Source of the DNA: a bacterium
GTDB taxonomy: Bacteria > Patescibacteriota > Minisyncoccia > Ryanbacterales > GWA2-47-10b
Assembly (NCBI GenBank): GCA_027624915.1
Contig: JAQBTR010000008.1
Location: 1-37,080 of the forward strand
DNA length: 37,080 nt
Direction of reading: 5' to 3'
In this document: piece by piece, positions 1 through 8,956 of the stretch
Layout: every line of letters begins with the position of its first letter
Numbering within the stretch: the first letter of the stretch is position 1
Notes under the pieces: generated by a model
What the model saw: the letters and a program-made list of their open reading frames with translations, nothing else
What the model was told of the DNA's origin: nothing
The model's database searches: none
Position numbers and translations under genes: made by a program

Positions 1-50
1 ATGTTATTGCACGTCGTCGACAAAAGGGACGAAAAAAACTCTCTGTTTAA
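1..50 (+). CDS. rpmH: 50S ribosomal protein L34, C-terminal fragment (5' end lies outside the window)
   Basis: Frame 3 reads VIARRRQKGRKKLSV* with the stop at 48-50, matching the basic C-terminus of L34. It sits directly upstream of rnpA, as in the conserved rpmH-rnpA arrangement. Confidence 0.7.
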   Translation, partial: VIARRRQKGRKKLSV

Positions 51-52
51 AT

Positions 53-379
53 ATGAAGACGAAAGCCGAGCGGCTTCGTATAAAGGAGGAGATTTCCAAT
101 GTTTTTAAGAAAGGAAAACGCCGCAAAACAGAGTATTTTACCCTGTGGACCCACAACAAAAAGAAGGGTCCTTTTCGTGTCCTTGTTATAACTTCGAAAA
201 AGACCGACAAAAGGGCAGTAAAGAGGAATACTATACGACGTAGAGTCCAAGAAATTATCCGCAAGGACTTTCAAAAAAAGCTTCCAAAAACAGATCTTAT
301 AGTACAATTACATAAGGAGTCTATCGGGGTTCCATTAAAAGACTTAAAAGAATCACTAACACATGTCCTTCCTGTTTAA
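53..379 (+). CDS. rnpA: RNase P protein component
   Basis: 108 aa basic protein with an RnpA-like motif (AVKRNTIRRRVQEIIR). Position is rpmH-rnpA-yidC. Confidence 0.9.
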   Translation: MKTKAERLRIKEEISNVFKKGKRRKTEYFTLWTHNKKKGPFRVLVITSKKTDKRAVKRNTIRRRVQEIIRKDFQKKLPKTDLIVQLHKESIGVPLKDLKESLTHVLPV

Positions 380-1118
380 TACGATATTTTATAAACCACT
401 TCTTAATGCTCTTGCGGGCCTAATTATCTATATTCCAGGCCACAGTTTAGGTTTTTCTATTATTATTCTTACTATCTTAGTGAATCTTCTTCTACTACCG
501 TTTACGCACAAAATGAAGAGTTCTCAGCGCAAAATGCAGGAGATACAACCAGAAATTGACCGAATTAAAAAGCAATTTAAAAACAAAAAAGAAGAACAAG
601 CAAAACTAACAATAGAACTATATAGAAAACACGGGATAAACCCACTAACTAGCATTTTGTTATTTATTGTTCAGTTGCCAATTATACTCGCTTTATATTG
701 GATTTTTCGTTCGGTAGACGTATCTCTAAGTACTGATTTATATGTGTACTTCACGGAAGTACCTATTTTTGATCCAAACTTCCTCGGGCTGTTTAATTTG
801 TCAGAACCAAGTGTAGTTCTTGCGGTAACTGCAGCTCTATTTGCTTATTTCCAAAGCTCTTTAATGATTCCTAAGAATATTCCTGCAGAAAATAAAAAAG
901 ATTTTTCTGTAATGTTACAAAAACAGTTCAAATATATGAGTCCAATTATCGTTCTTCTTGTTGCTCTCCCCTTTCCATCAGCTCTCGCCCTCTATTGGAC
1001 TACAATGAATGTTTTTGGTATAGTGCACGAAATGGCGGTACGTAAAATAGCACGCAACCAAATGGAGAATACCAATGGAAATAGCGAATCAGACAAATCA
1101 AAAGGAGAAAGCGCTTGA
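363..1118 (+). CDS. yidC: membrane protein insertase YidC/Oxa1 (short form)
   Basis: 251 aa polytopic protein with multiple TM helices and a charged loop (KMKSSQRKMQEIQPEIDRIKKQ) typical of short YidC. It overlaps the rnpA 3' end, as in the rnpA-yidC operon. Confidence 0.88.
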   Translation: MSFLFNTIFYKPLLNALAGLIIYIPGHSLGFSIIILTILVNLLLLPFTHKMKSSQRKMQEIQPEIDRIKKQFKNKKEEQAKLTIELYRKHGINPLTSILLFIVQLPIILALYWIFRSVDVSLSTDLYVYFTEVPIFDPNFLGLFNLSEPSVVLAVTAALFAYFQSSLMIPKNIPAENKKDFSVMLQKQFKYMSPIIVLLVALPFPSALALYWTTMNVFGIVHEMAVRKIARNQMENTNGNSESDKSKGESA

Positions 1119-1548
1119 ATGTGTCAAAGAATTTCTCAATAGAATGGACATTGATGCGCGAGTTGAAGAAGGAGTAATCGGCGACTCTGTAGCCTTTTTA
1201 ATTAAAACCAACGACGCAGGCCTTCTTATAGGAGAGGATGGCGGTAATTTAAGCGCCCTAAACTACTTGATACGAAAGGTTATCGACAAGCAAGTTGAGG
1301 GTGCATACGGGCAATATTTAATTGATGTAAATGATTATCAACGACGTAGGTATGAAGAGTTAAGAGATAAGGCTCGTATGGGCGCACAGCGGGTACGATA
1401 TTTTAAAAAAGATGTAAGTTTAGAGCCAATGACTGCGTTTGAGAGACGAATTGTTCATATGGCACTACAAGAATACTCAGACATAGAAACAGAGTCAACT
1501 GGAGAGGGGTTAATGAGACGGGTGGTAATAAAACCATCAGGACACTAA
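1075..1548 (+). CDS. jag: Jag/KhpB-like RNA-binding protein (KH plus R3H)
   Basis: 157 aa with an R3H-like C-terminus (FERRIVHMALQEYSDIETESTGEG). It is the conserved yidC-jag neighbour. Confidence 0.82.
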   Translation: MEIANQTNQKEKALECVKEFLNRMDIDARVEEGVIGDSVAFLIKTNDAGLLIGEDGGNLSALNYLIRKVIDKQVEGAYGQYLIDVNDYQRRRYEELRDKARMGAQRVRYFKKDVSLEPMTAFERRIVHMALQEYSDIETESTGEGLMRRVVIKPSGH

Positions 1549-1578
1549 AAAAATGACCGTGTAGGCGGTTATTTTTTT
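1547..1578. terminator. bidirectional hairpin terminator between the convergent jag and TolB-like genes
   Basis: AAAAAAATGACCG-tgtagg-CGGTTATTTTTTT forms a roughly 13-bp stem with one G-U pair, flanked by an A-run and a T-run. It overlaps both stop codons. Confidence 0.45.
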
Positions 1579-2818
1579 AATTTTCTACTTCCTCTGACGA
1601 TTCTTCAATAGCTTCTTCGTCATGGAAGAGTCTATAGCTCCACAAAGAAGAATCATCTTTGTTTATAAAGATAATATAGTTTTCGTCTGGAGTGAGAAGA
1701 AGGTCTGTCATATCAAAACCACCATTCTCAAGAAGAAGCTCAGCAGAACCGGATATAAGATCGATTCGCCACAATTCATCGTCAAACTCTACCGTTCCTT
1801 TCCACCAAGCATCTGGCAATGGTTCTCGAGAAAGGTTTTTTGGTACTGCACAGTAGATGTTATTTTTAGTGCGCATAGAGAACACACATTTTTCGGGAAG
1901 TGTTGCAAATGTTAATGTTGTTCGCACACCACTTTCCGTATTAAATACGCTTGTTTTTATATCTTGGCCACGACTATCTGTTTCTGATGATATATATTTT
2001 GTTCCATTGGGCGACCACACAACATCAAAGCCGTACTTACCAGAAGTGAGAACAGATGGGTTTCTGCCTGTTCGCGACATTGTTTCCAAGATAGTTGGAG
2101 CAAAACCAGATGTTTTTGTTTTTAGTGATATTAAGGAGTCTCCAGCCCAGGCCACTTCATAATCAGGAATAGGCGTTGAAAAAATTGTTGTGCCACCTGA
2201 ACCATCTGTGTTTGAAATATTTAATGAGTATGACGTTCCTGTTTTTGACAATGAAGCGAGGCGAGTCCCATCTGGAGAAAACGCTCGACTCAGGTGTTCC
2301 CCAGCATATACATCAGTTTCTATAGTTGTTGTTCCGGTCGGCTTAACCCAAAAATCTCTTTGAATGTCGTTGTTTAATGTTGTGATTGCAGCGGTATCGC
2401 CAGTACTCGTCCAACTAGCCCTTACAACGTTGCGTACAGTTATATTTGAGATACGAGCCTCTCCTGTTTGTCCATGAAAAGCGGACTCATAGATATGTCC
2501 CACCCCACGCCTAAAATATCTTACACGATCACCGTCGGGACTAATACCGACACCAATTGTTGGTTCTTTAGACAACTGAACGAGCCGTGCAGCCTCCTCG
2601 TCAGAGACAGGAAACCTCTCAAGAGAATAGTCATCATTTGGTATGGGGCTATTCCCAACAAATTGCAACGAGCCACTACCACCACTAGCAAATGGGTTTA
2701 AAGTAAAATCGCTCTCACTCCCTCTATCGCGGAAGGCAAAGTATAAAATCCCACCCACTATCAAGAGAAGGATAAGGCCTAGTATAAGCATGAATTTTGT
2801 CTGATTCTTTTCGTTCAC
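1577..2818 (-). CDS. membrane-anchored TolB-like beta-propeller (PD40/WD40-like repeat) protein; last gene of the T4SS-like operon
   Basis: N-terminal TM anchor followed by repeated SPDG/DGT motifs (FSPDGTRLASLSKTGTSYSL, SPDGDRVRYF, VWSPNGTKYIS) typical of TolB/PD40 propellers. Confidence 0.6.
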   Translation of the reverse strand: MNEKNQTKFMLILGLILLLIVGGILYFAFRDRGSESDFTLNPFASGGSGSLQFVGNSPIPNDDYSLERFPVSDEEAARLVQLSKEPTIGVGISPDGDRVRYFRRGVGHIYESAFHGQTGEARISNITVRNVVRASWTSTGDTAAITTLNNDIQRDFWVKPTGTTTIETDVYAGEHLSRAFSPDGTRLASLSKTGTSYSLNISNTDGSGGTTIFSTPIPDYEVAWAGDSLISLKTKTSGFAPTILETMSRTGRNPSVLTSGKYGFDVVWSPNGTKYISSETDSRGQDIKTSVFNTESGVRTTLTFATLPEKCVFSMRTKNNIYCAVPKNLSREPLPDAWWKGTVEFDDELWRIDLISGSAELLLENGGFDMTDLLLTPDENYIIFINKDDSSLWSYRLFHDEEAIEESSEEVEN

Positions 2819-2827
2819 AAATTTATT

Positions 2828-3505
2828 TTAATTTTTATAGCATCTTATATCGTTAGCAGTCTGGCATCCAGTTTGATCGGCATCCCCATCACAGCAACGA
2901 AGACCCAATTTTAGAACACAGGGTTTACAGGTAAAACCACTCCTACAAACTTGTGTGCTCGGGTCACATGGGAGTCCACCAAATACAGCCAAGCTACCTC
3001 TACAAGCAAAAACATTTGTATTTATCTCTACACACTTTGGAAAAAGCGGGTTTGTGCAGTCTATATCGTTAGTACAACCTCCGCTTGGTATAGTTGACCC
3101 ACCACCGGGTGGGGCCGTACCTATTGATACGGGAGCGATTTGGGGAATAGCGAGCTCTAGCTTTATTAACTCTGGGTTTATTGTTTCTAAAATAAGCACA
3201 GAAAAAACAGCAATCATGAGCCCCGCCAATGCTGACGTAATAGTACCCTTTGCTCGTGAGACTCGGTCAGAGCCACCGGCTGTCATATATTCAATCCCTC
3301 CATATACAAACATAACGAGAGCTGCGATCGCTGCAACTGAGAGCATAAAAGGAAAAAGAAACTCTACATATTGGATAAATCCACCATCAATCGGAATTTC
3401 GCTACCCCCACCAGGGATTGGTGCTGCTAATTTATAACTTGTCTCACCAAACACTACAGAGGGTTGTGTAAGGAAAAGAATGATTGTAAAAATATATTTT
3501 TTCAT
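2828..3505 (-). CDS. VirB2/TrbC-like pilin-type protein with a cysteine-rich C-terminal extension
   Basis: Signal peptide (MKKYIFTIILFLTQPSVVFG) followed by two hydrophobic helices separated by a short charged loop (GGSDRVSRAKG), the architecture of a T4SS pilin. The last roughly 80 aa contain 14 Cys. Confidence 0.45.
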   Translation of the reverse strand: MKKYIFTIILFLTQPSVVFGETSYKLAAPIPGGGSEIPIDGGFIQYVEFLFPFMLSVAAIAALVMFVYGGIEYMTAGGSDRVSRAKGTITSALAGLMIAVFSVLILETINPELIKLELAIPQIAPVSIGTAPPGGGSTIPSGGCTNDIDCTNPLFPKCVEINTNVFACRGSLAVFGGLPCDPSTQVCRSGFTCKPCVLKLGLRCCDGDADQTGCQTANDIRCYKN

Positions 3506-3508
3506 AAT

Positions 3509-4693
3509 CTAGAGTTCTAGTACGGTAATAATCGCTCCATTACCTCCACGCTGGAGTATATTTGATCTATTGCTGTACTGTAAGAAAATATCTTGTCTTC
3601 CTGACGAACCCTCTTCGGTGGAAAAACGAAAAATACGATTCTTTTTATCTCTATTATCAATTCGGTTTCTATTTATTCTCCACTCATAATCAATATTACT
3701 AAGGTCTACAAATGGCAAAAAGAATGGCTCTGCTTGAATTGCAACAGTATCTCCGCTTATAAGTTGAGCATTTTGTAGTTCACGCCACGTTATGAGCCCA
3801 TAGAGAGAATCTAATTCATAAAAATGCATTTCTGGGAGATGTGATAAAACAACAATCTGTTCTTCGTGCGAAACACGTCGTAATTGGTCTCTTACCCGCA
3901 CTGTCACCTTGTACTCGGAGTTTTGTACGGTTGTTATTTTTGCCTTGAATGTATTTTTCCCGACCCCCGAGACTTCTGGACTTTTGCTAAATTGTCCATC
4001 ATTGATACTCCATTCATATATGAGAGCGTTAGGGCTGATGCGCGCGTTGCCTATTTGGACCTCTGGAACTACCGCAAAATTTATTTCTGATCCCGGGGGA
4101 AGAAGTGCTTTTCCACGGTACCAGACAGGAGTTTTTGAATCAGAGAACCAAGTCATATGGGCGCGTGCGGGGTAGATGTCTTTTGATATCTCCTTTGTGA
4201 CAGATTTGTCTGGGGAGATTGCAACAAGTCTCAAAGATTCCAGCGTTCCTATAGGGCCGAGTGTTAATGAATAGGTGGCACTACCGACACCGGACAATAC
4301 ACTCTTACCGTTATGATACCAAGTATAGTCTATAAGCCTTTTGTCCACCGAGTCTGTATGAGCACTGATAGTAATTGTTTTTCCAGGAGAAAGATTCTTA
4401 GAGTCGACGTTCATTTGCAAATCTCCCATGACTCTGTTTAGAGGGTCTGTTGTGACAGCCTGTGTTGGGTATCGAAATAAATCAAGAACTGAATAGGGCG
4501 CATCGACTGGTAGTCCAAGTCGCTCAAGAAATTCTACCCGAATTGCCTCAACCTCCTCGGGTGTATATTCTATTGGAGTTGATGTTGCTGTTGGTACGGT
4601 TGTTGTCGCCGTGTTTTGAGCATATACAAAAGAAAATGATCCAAAGAGTATTGCCAGGTTAAAGAGTAGAAGTGTGCGATTCATTGTTCCCAT
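3509..4693 (-). CDS. secreted hypothetical protein (beta-rich, Ig-like repeats likely)
   Basis: Signal peptide (MNRTLLLFNLAILFGSFSFVYA) followed by a Thr-rich linker. Tightly packed inside the T4SS-like operon. Confidence 0.6.
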   Translation of the reverse strand: MGTMNRTLLLFNLAILFGSFSFVYAQNTATTTVPTATSTPIEYTPEEVEAIRVEFLERLGLPVDAPYSVLDLFRYPTQAVTTDPLNRVMGDLQMNVDSKNLSPGKTITISAHTDSVDKRLIDYTWYHNGKSVLSGVGSATYSLTLGPIGTLESLRLVAISPDKSVTKEISKDIYPARAHMTWFSDSKTPVWYRGKALLPPGSEINFAVVPEVQIGNARISPNALIYEWSINDGQFSKSPEVSGVGKNTFKAKITTVQNSEYKVTVRVRDQLRRVSHEEQIVVLSHLPEMHFYELDSLYGLITWRELQNAQLISGDTVAIQAEPFFLPFVDLSNIDYEWRINRNRIDNRDKKNRIFRFSTEEGSSGRQDIFLQYSNRSNILQRGGNGAIITVLEL

Positions 4694-4697
4694 TTTA

Positions 4698-5174
4698 TCA
4701 TTTTTTATTGTTAGTTGGTACGTGCGACTTAATCCGATCTCGTATTATAAGCGTAATAATATAGCCACTAATTCCAGGAACCAATGGAACCATATCAAGA
4801 ATTGCCGAAGTCCCCGCCCATTTTAACTCTCCGGTTTTTATTGAAAATGGATTACGATCTTTTCCTATGAGCCATAGATAAACAACTGTCCATCCTACGG
4901 TTGCAATCGATGCATTTATAATCAAGGCTAGCCAGAACAATATTCCAGCTGTGAAGAATCCTACTACGAAGGTTACAATATATTGTGGCAAATCAAAAAA
5001 AATAAAAATTGCCGCGGCAAAAATACCTGCTCCAGTAAGAGGAATGGAGTTTGATGAATCTGTATTAGCAACAGAGGTTTTTTTAGATTTTTTTTGGTCC
5101 CTTCTTCTTTCTCTAAGGAGGTCAGCAGAATATGCCGTTTCTTGATCTATTTGTGCTTGTGTGGTTTCTTCCAT
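4698..5174 (-). CDS. small polytopic membrane protein (about 3 TM), T4SS-like operon member
   Basis: Three hydrophobic segments; the stop is 3 nt upstream of the VirB4 start in the same operon. Confidence 0.55.
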   Translation of the reverse strand: MEETTQAQIDQETAYSADLLRERRRDQKKSKKTSVANTDSSNSIPLTGAGIFAAAIFIFFDLPQYIVTFVVGFFTAGILFWLALIINASIATVGWTVVYLWLIGKDRNPFSIKTGELKWAGTSAILDMVPLVPGISGYIITLIIRDRIKSHVPTNNKK

Positions 5175-5176
5175 AA

Positions 5177-6994
5177 TTAATTACCTCCGATTGCTATCTC
5201 ATCCTTAGCCTGTTTAATAGCCATAAGTTCTGCAGGGTCTGATGTAATAATTTGATGTTCTGTGTATGAAGCCTGAATTTTAATTGCTATATGCTTGAGT
5301 CCTGCAAAGAAGATTCCCTCACCTACATCGGACTCTAAGAGCAAGAATTTTTCTTCGTCGGTTAGATTAAACACTTCTTGTACCGAGTTAATAGATGCAG
5401 GAGACTGCTTTAAGAGCATTTGAATAGATGAGTTTGTTACAATCGGTTTTCCATAAGGAGAACTCATAAAGTCTGTTACATCCTGCGTAATTGTTGCAAG
5501 TCCCAAATAATATTTACGTGCGCGCTTAGCAATCCCATAGAGGAAGGACGCGCCATCGGGAGACTTCATAATGATCCACGCCTCGTCCACTACCAAGAGT
5601 CGCTTTTTTAGGGTTCGTCGAACAGCACTCCAAATATAGTTAATAATGAGATACATAGCTATTGGTCGAAGTTCTTCCTCCATATCTCTAATCGAGAAGA
5701 CGGCCAAACGTACATTGATATTTACGTTGGTTGGCCGATTAATAAACCCCGCCCATGTTCCTTCTGTATATTTTTTAATACGCATAGCGAGAGACTCTCC
5801 ACCTTCCATGTTTGCAAGAACGAGAGCGAAGTCCGACATGGTAGGAGAACTTATTTGAGAAAAGTCGGACTCTGGTGTTATATCTTTTGAGTTATATGTT
5901 TCTGTAATTGCTCGGTCCATCACGGAGTCCTCTTCTGGCGTAAGTCCACCCATCATAAGGCGGAACAAACCAACAAGGCCAATAGTGTGAGACCTCAACA
6001 CATCTGCGGCAGACTCATCTTCGCGGGGTATAGGGACATCAAACGGATTAATATGGTGTTTTGATGTAAGTGAAATATTAAAGTATCTTCCACCAACAGA
6101 TTCAGCCAAGTACTCGTATTCGCGCTCTGGGTCTATAACAAGAACATCTGTGTCGAACATCAAGGAGCGCAAGATTTCTAACTTTGCTGTGTATGATTTA
6201 CCAGAACCAGACTTTGCAAACATAATTGAGTTATAGTTTTCAAAGCCAAACCGATCAAAGAGAACGAGTGAATTATTATGTCGGTTGATTCCATACAAGA
6301 TTCCTTTATTGGATGTGAGGTCAAATGACACAAATGGAAAGGCAGATGATGCAGGGGATGTATTAAAGTAGTTATGAACTTTGATCTGGTCATCACCAAA
6401 AGGAAATACAGAGTTAATACCCTCTTTCTGCTGGAATAGAGCCGGCTTTGTATATACAAGTCGAGCCTCAAGCATGGAGCGAATCTCTCCTTCGTTGCGG
6501 TTTAGCTCTTCGAGGGTATCAGCATAAAGTGTTATATATATACCAAAAGAGAAAAGTTTTTCTTGTGCCTGGGAGAGCTTATCACGCAATGCTTCTAGGT
6601 CTTGGTATGCAGTATCGAGCATAGGGTCACGAACAAGCCCCTTTTCTTCACGAACAGTAATTTGTGACTGAACTTGAGCCACCTTTTTTCTGAGCGTCTT
6701 GAGAACAGCAGCTGTATCAACTGGATGAAAGAAGATAGCAATATCGAATACTTTGTCTAGATTGATAACTCCTGAGAACCAGTTTGTTGCTAAAAATCTT
6801 GGGTAGGCAAAAACAAAGATTGTTCGAGCCAATTTTTCACCAAGTCTAACGTAGTTAGAATTAATCTCAAAAGCAGATGGCGCAATAACATCCTTTAGGC
6901 CAAGGAGCCCAGATTGATATATTTCTTGAGGAAAAACTGGCAGAACACTTTCCTGCTGATTTTGCTTCTTTTTAAACATGTCTAACATTCCCAT
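5177..6994 (-). CDS. virB4: VirB4/TrbE/CagE-family type IV secretion ATPase
   Basis: Walker A (FAKSGSGKSYTAK), Walker B (LLVVDEAWIIMK), and an N-terminal CagE/TrbE/VirB4 motif (LKDVIAPSAFEINSNYVRLGEKLARTIFVFAYPRF). Confidence 0.9.
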   Translation of the reverse strand: MGMLDMFKKKQNQQESVLPVFPQEIYQSGLLGLKDVIAPSAFEINSNYVRLGEKLARTIFVFAYPRFLATNWFSGVINLDKVFDIAIFFHPVDTAAVLKTLRKKVAQVQSQITVREEKGLVRDPMLDTAYQDLEALRDKLSQAQEKLFSFGIYITLYADTLEELNRNEGEIRSMLEARLVYTKPALFQQKEGINSVFPFGDDQIKVHNYFNTSPASSAFPFVSFDLTSNKGILYGINRHNNSLVLFDRFGFENYNSIMFAKSGSGKSYTAKLEILRSLMFDTDVLVIDPEREYEYLAESVGGRYFNISLTSKHHINPFDVPIPREDESAADVLRSHTIGLVGLFRLMMGGLTPEEDSVMDRAITETYNSKDITPESDFSQISSPTMSDFALVLANMEGGESLAMRIKKYTEGTWAGFINRPTNVNINVRLAVFSIRDMEEELRPIAMYLIINYIWSAVRRTLKKRLLVVDEAWIIMKSPDGASFLYGIAKRARKYYLGLATITQDVTDFMSSPYGKPIVTNSSIQMLLKQSPASINSVQEVFNLTDEEKFLLLESDVGEGIFFAGLKHIAIKIQASYTEHQIITSDPAELMAIKQAKDEIAIGGN

Positions 6995-6995
6995 A

Positions 6996-7700
6996 CTATT
7001 GATTGTCCCCTAGTTGAGATCCTTCAGTAATTTGTGGTGCCTTACCTTTGCCAGAGCTCTCTGGGTTGTACAGACTATAATAAAGTTCAATTAACTCCTC
7101 GGTATTTAGAGGGACGGCGCGTACCCCAGTTCTCACAAGTCCACTTATGACGGTGTCCACCCTCTGATAGAGTTGTGTTTTATACTCTTCAAATTTAACC
7201 TGGTCTATTGTTCCGTCGGTGTTTTTGTTTCCTCCAAATATAGTTTTTACTGTTTGCATAATACCTTGTTGTTGAGCACCAGACAGAGCGTTTGGTGTGA
7301 ATGAGACTACTATATAAAAGGTTTTTGTAACGATATTTCCTGTCTCAACAAACTCTTTTACGAACGTTATATATTCTGTTATCTGGATTCTCAAAAGCTC
7401 ATTTACTTCCTCTTTTTTTCTTGTACGCAGAATTTCTAAATAAGGCTCAATATTAAGTCTTCGTGATTGTATCGAAAACTCAACAGAAAAATCGAGCGAG
7501 TTTAGAAAGCTTTGGTACTGTAGGATGATAGCGTCTTGTTCGTCGGGAGATTTGAGCGCGAAGTTGAGGGAGGAAGCCATAAGAACACCACGTAATGAAC
7601 CGTCCTTGAGTACAACAACACCATCCCGTATTTCTTCTATTGGGACAATCTCTTGAGATGCCTTTGCATTTTGTGCTAATTGTGATTCGCTTATAGCCAT
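6996..7700 (-). CDS. VirB4 N-terminal-domain-like protein, separated from virB4 by 1 nt and in another frame (split gene or frameshift)
   Basis: IRDGVVVLKDGSLRGVLMASSLNFALKSPDEQ resembles the extreme N-terminal TrbE/VirB4 motif. The TAG stop, one nt, then the ATG of virB4 follow directly. 234 + 605 aa equals a full-length VirB4. Confidence 0.55.
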   Translation of the reverse strand: MAISESQLAQNAKASQEIVPIEEIRDGVVVLKDGSLRGVLMASSLNFALKSPDEQDAIILQYQSFLNSLDFSVEFSIQSRRLNIEPYLEILRTRKKEEVNELLRIQITEYITFVKEFVETGNIVTKTFYIVVSFTPNALSGAQQQGIMQTVKTIFGGNKNTDGTIDQVKFEEYKTQLYQRVDTVISGLVRTGVRAVPLNTEELIELYYSLYNPESSGKGKAPQITEGSQLGDNQ

Positions 7701-7833
7701 TTACCCTCCTAAATTTTTAAGAACTATTAAAAGCACGGCATCATAATTCTTTATTTGCCGGACTGTCCTTATCTTATTGTTTATATTTGTTTTCATATTA
7801 TTCGCTTTATTCTTAAAAGTTTTGGCGGGTGAA

Positions 7834-8244
7834 CTATCTCTTCAATTTTTCATTAATATCCAAAGACCAAGATAGGTCTTGAAGTTTGCTTTTTGAAAAT
7901 TTTGGCACCATTGTGTTTGGCCCGCCTTGTATTTGTTGCTGTTCTCTTTGGATTTCTTTTTCCGAATGCTTCCAGATAAACAATCTTGAGTGCGATACAT
8001 GATTTGTCATGTTATTAAGCACGGTGATTGCTGGCTGCCCGTTTATTTTGAGGAAGGCGACAGATGCGAAGAAGCCCGCACCAACTGCCGCAAGAATCCA
8101 AGAGATTATACGTGGAAGCGGAAGGACAAGCACCGTTACAACAAATCCAGCACCACCAAGAACATAAATCAATTGCTTGACCGTAAGAGGACCTAAGATT
8201 TTGTCCTCTATATCTATAAATTGTGGTACTTGAAACTGTTGCAT
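7834..8244 (-). CDS. PrgI/VirB3-like small two-TM protein
   Basis: The N-terminus (QVPQFIDIEDKILGPLTVKQLIYVLGG) followed by two TM helices matches PrgI-family proteins that precede VirB4 in Gram-positive and CPR T4SS loci. Confidence 0.55.
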   Translation of the reverse strand: MQQFQVPQFIDIEDKILGPLTVKQLIYVLGGAGFVVTVLVLPLPRIISWILAAVGAGFFASVAFLKINGQPAITVLNNMTNHVSHSRLFIWKHSEKEIQREQQQIQGGPNTMVPKFSKSKLQDLSWSLDINEKLKR

Positions 8245-8245
8245 A

Positions 8246-8938
8246 TTATTCTACTTCTTCCCTATATGGGTCTGAATTTTTTGATTGAGTTGCCGTCTTT
8301 GTTCCAGGCTTGTTTGGGGTCGATAGGGTCGGAGGCTTTTGTACGACTGGCGCTTGTTCTTGTACGACCGGTTCTTTCGATTCAAATTTTGGGGCACTTG
8401 GAATTGTAGATCCACTACCACCTTTCTCTGGAAAAATTATTGATGGAATAGCTGTTTTTTCTACGCTTGGTTTTGGAGCCGGTTTTATTATTGGTGGCTG
8501 GAGAGGTCTTGTCTCTTTTATTTCTACGGGTTGTTGAGGAGGTGTTGGGACAGCTTTTTCTCTTACATGCGTTGCAAACGATTTTGGATGCTGAGGTATA
8601 AGTTCCGTTTCAGGCTCTTCATTTGGGGCGGTTTTCAAATTTTCTTGGATTTCTTTAAAGACTTCACTATTTACATCGTCTACAACTGCTTTTGCTTGAG
8701 CCTGAGTGATACCTAGGCTTTCAGTAAGTCGTCCTGCAAAGTTTTGCGGAGATGTAAGGCCGAGCATTACATATCCAGTTTCTTCTGCAAGCACTCCAAC
8801 CTTGTCGAGCATAAGACCGTGTCGCTTACCAATATTTAGCATCTTGTCGGTTGTGGCAGAGGCAAAAAGAGCATCACGAACCCGACGAGGCAATCGTTCA
8901 TAGCGTGATAAGACTTCTTCTTGTGAAAACGTTTTCAT
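8246..8938 (-). CDS. hypothetical protein with a globular N-terminal domain and a Pro/Gln-rich low-complexity tail
   Basis: About 100 aa structured N-terminus followed by PTPPQQPVEIKETRPLQPPIIKPAPKP...; no TM segment. Operon member. Confidence 0.55.
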   Translation of the reverse strand: MKTFSQEEVLSRYERLPRRVRDALFASATTDKMLNIGKRHGLMLDKVGVLAEETGYVMLGLTSPQNFAGRLTESLGITQAQAKAVVDDVNSEVFKEIQENLKTAPNEEPETELIPQHPKSFATHVREKAVPTPPQQPVEIKETRPLQPPIIKPAPKPSVEKTAIPSIIFPEKGGSGSTIPSAPKFESKEPVVQEQAPVVQKPPTLSTPNKPGTKTATQSKNSDPYREEVE

Positions 8939-8956
8939 TTTAGTTTTTTATTTTGC

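Noticed and set aside
2955-3437. 160-aa plus-strand ORF
   Set aside because: It lies entirely antisense to the pilin-like gene, is low-complexity and Pro/Gly-rich (the mirror image of the Gly-rich coding strand), and has no RBS. It is a shadow ORF.
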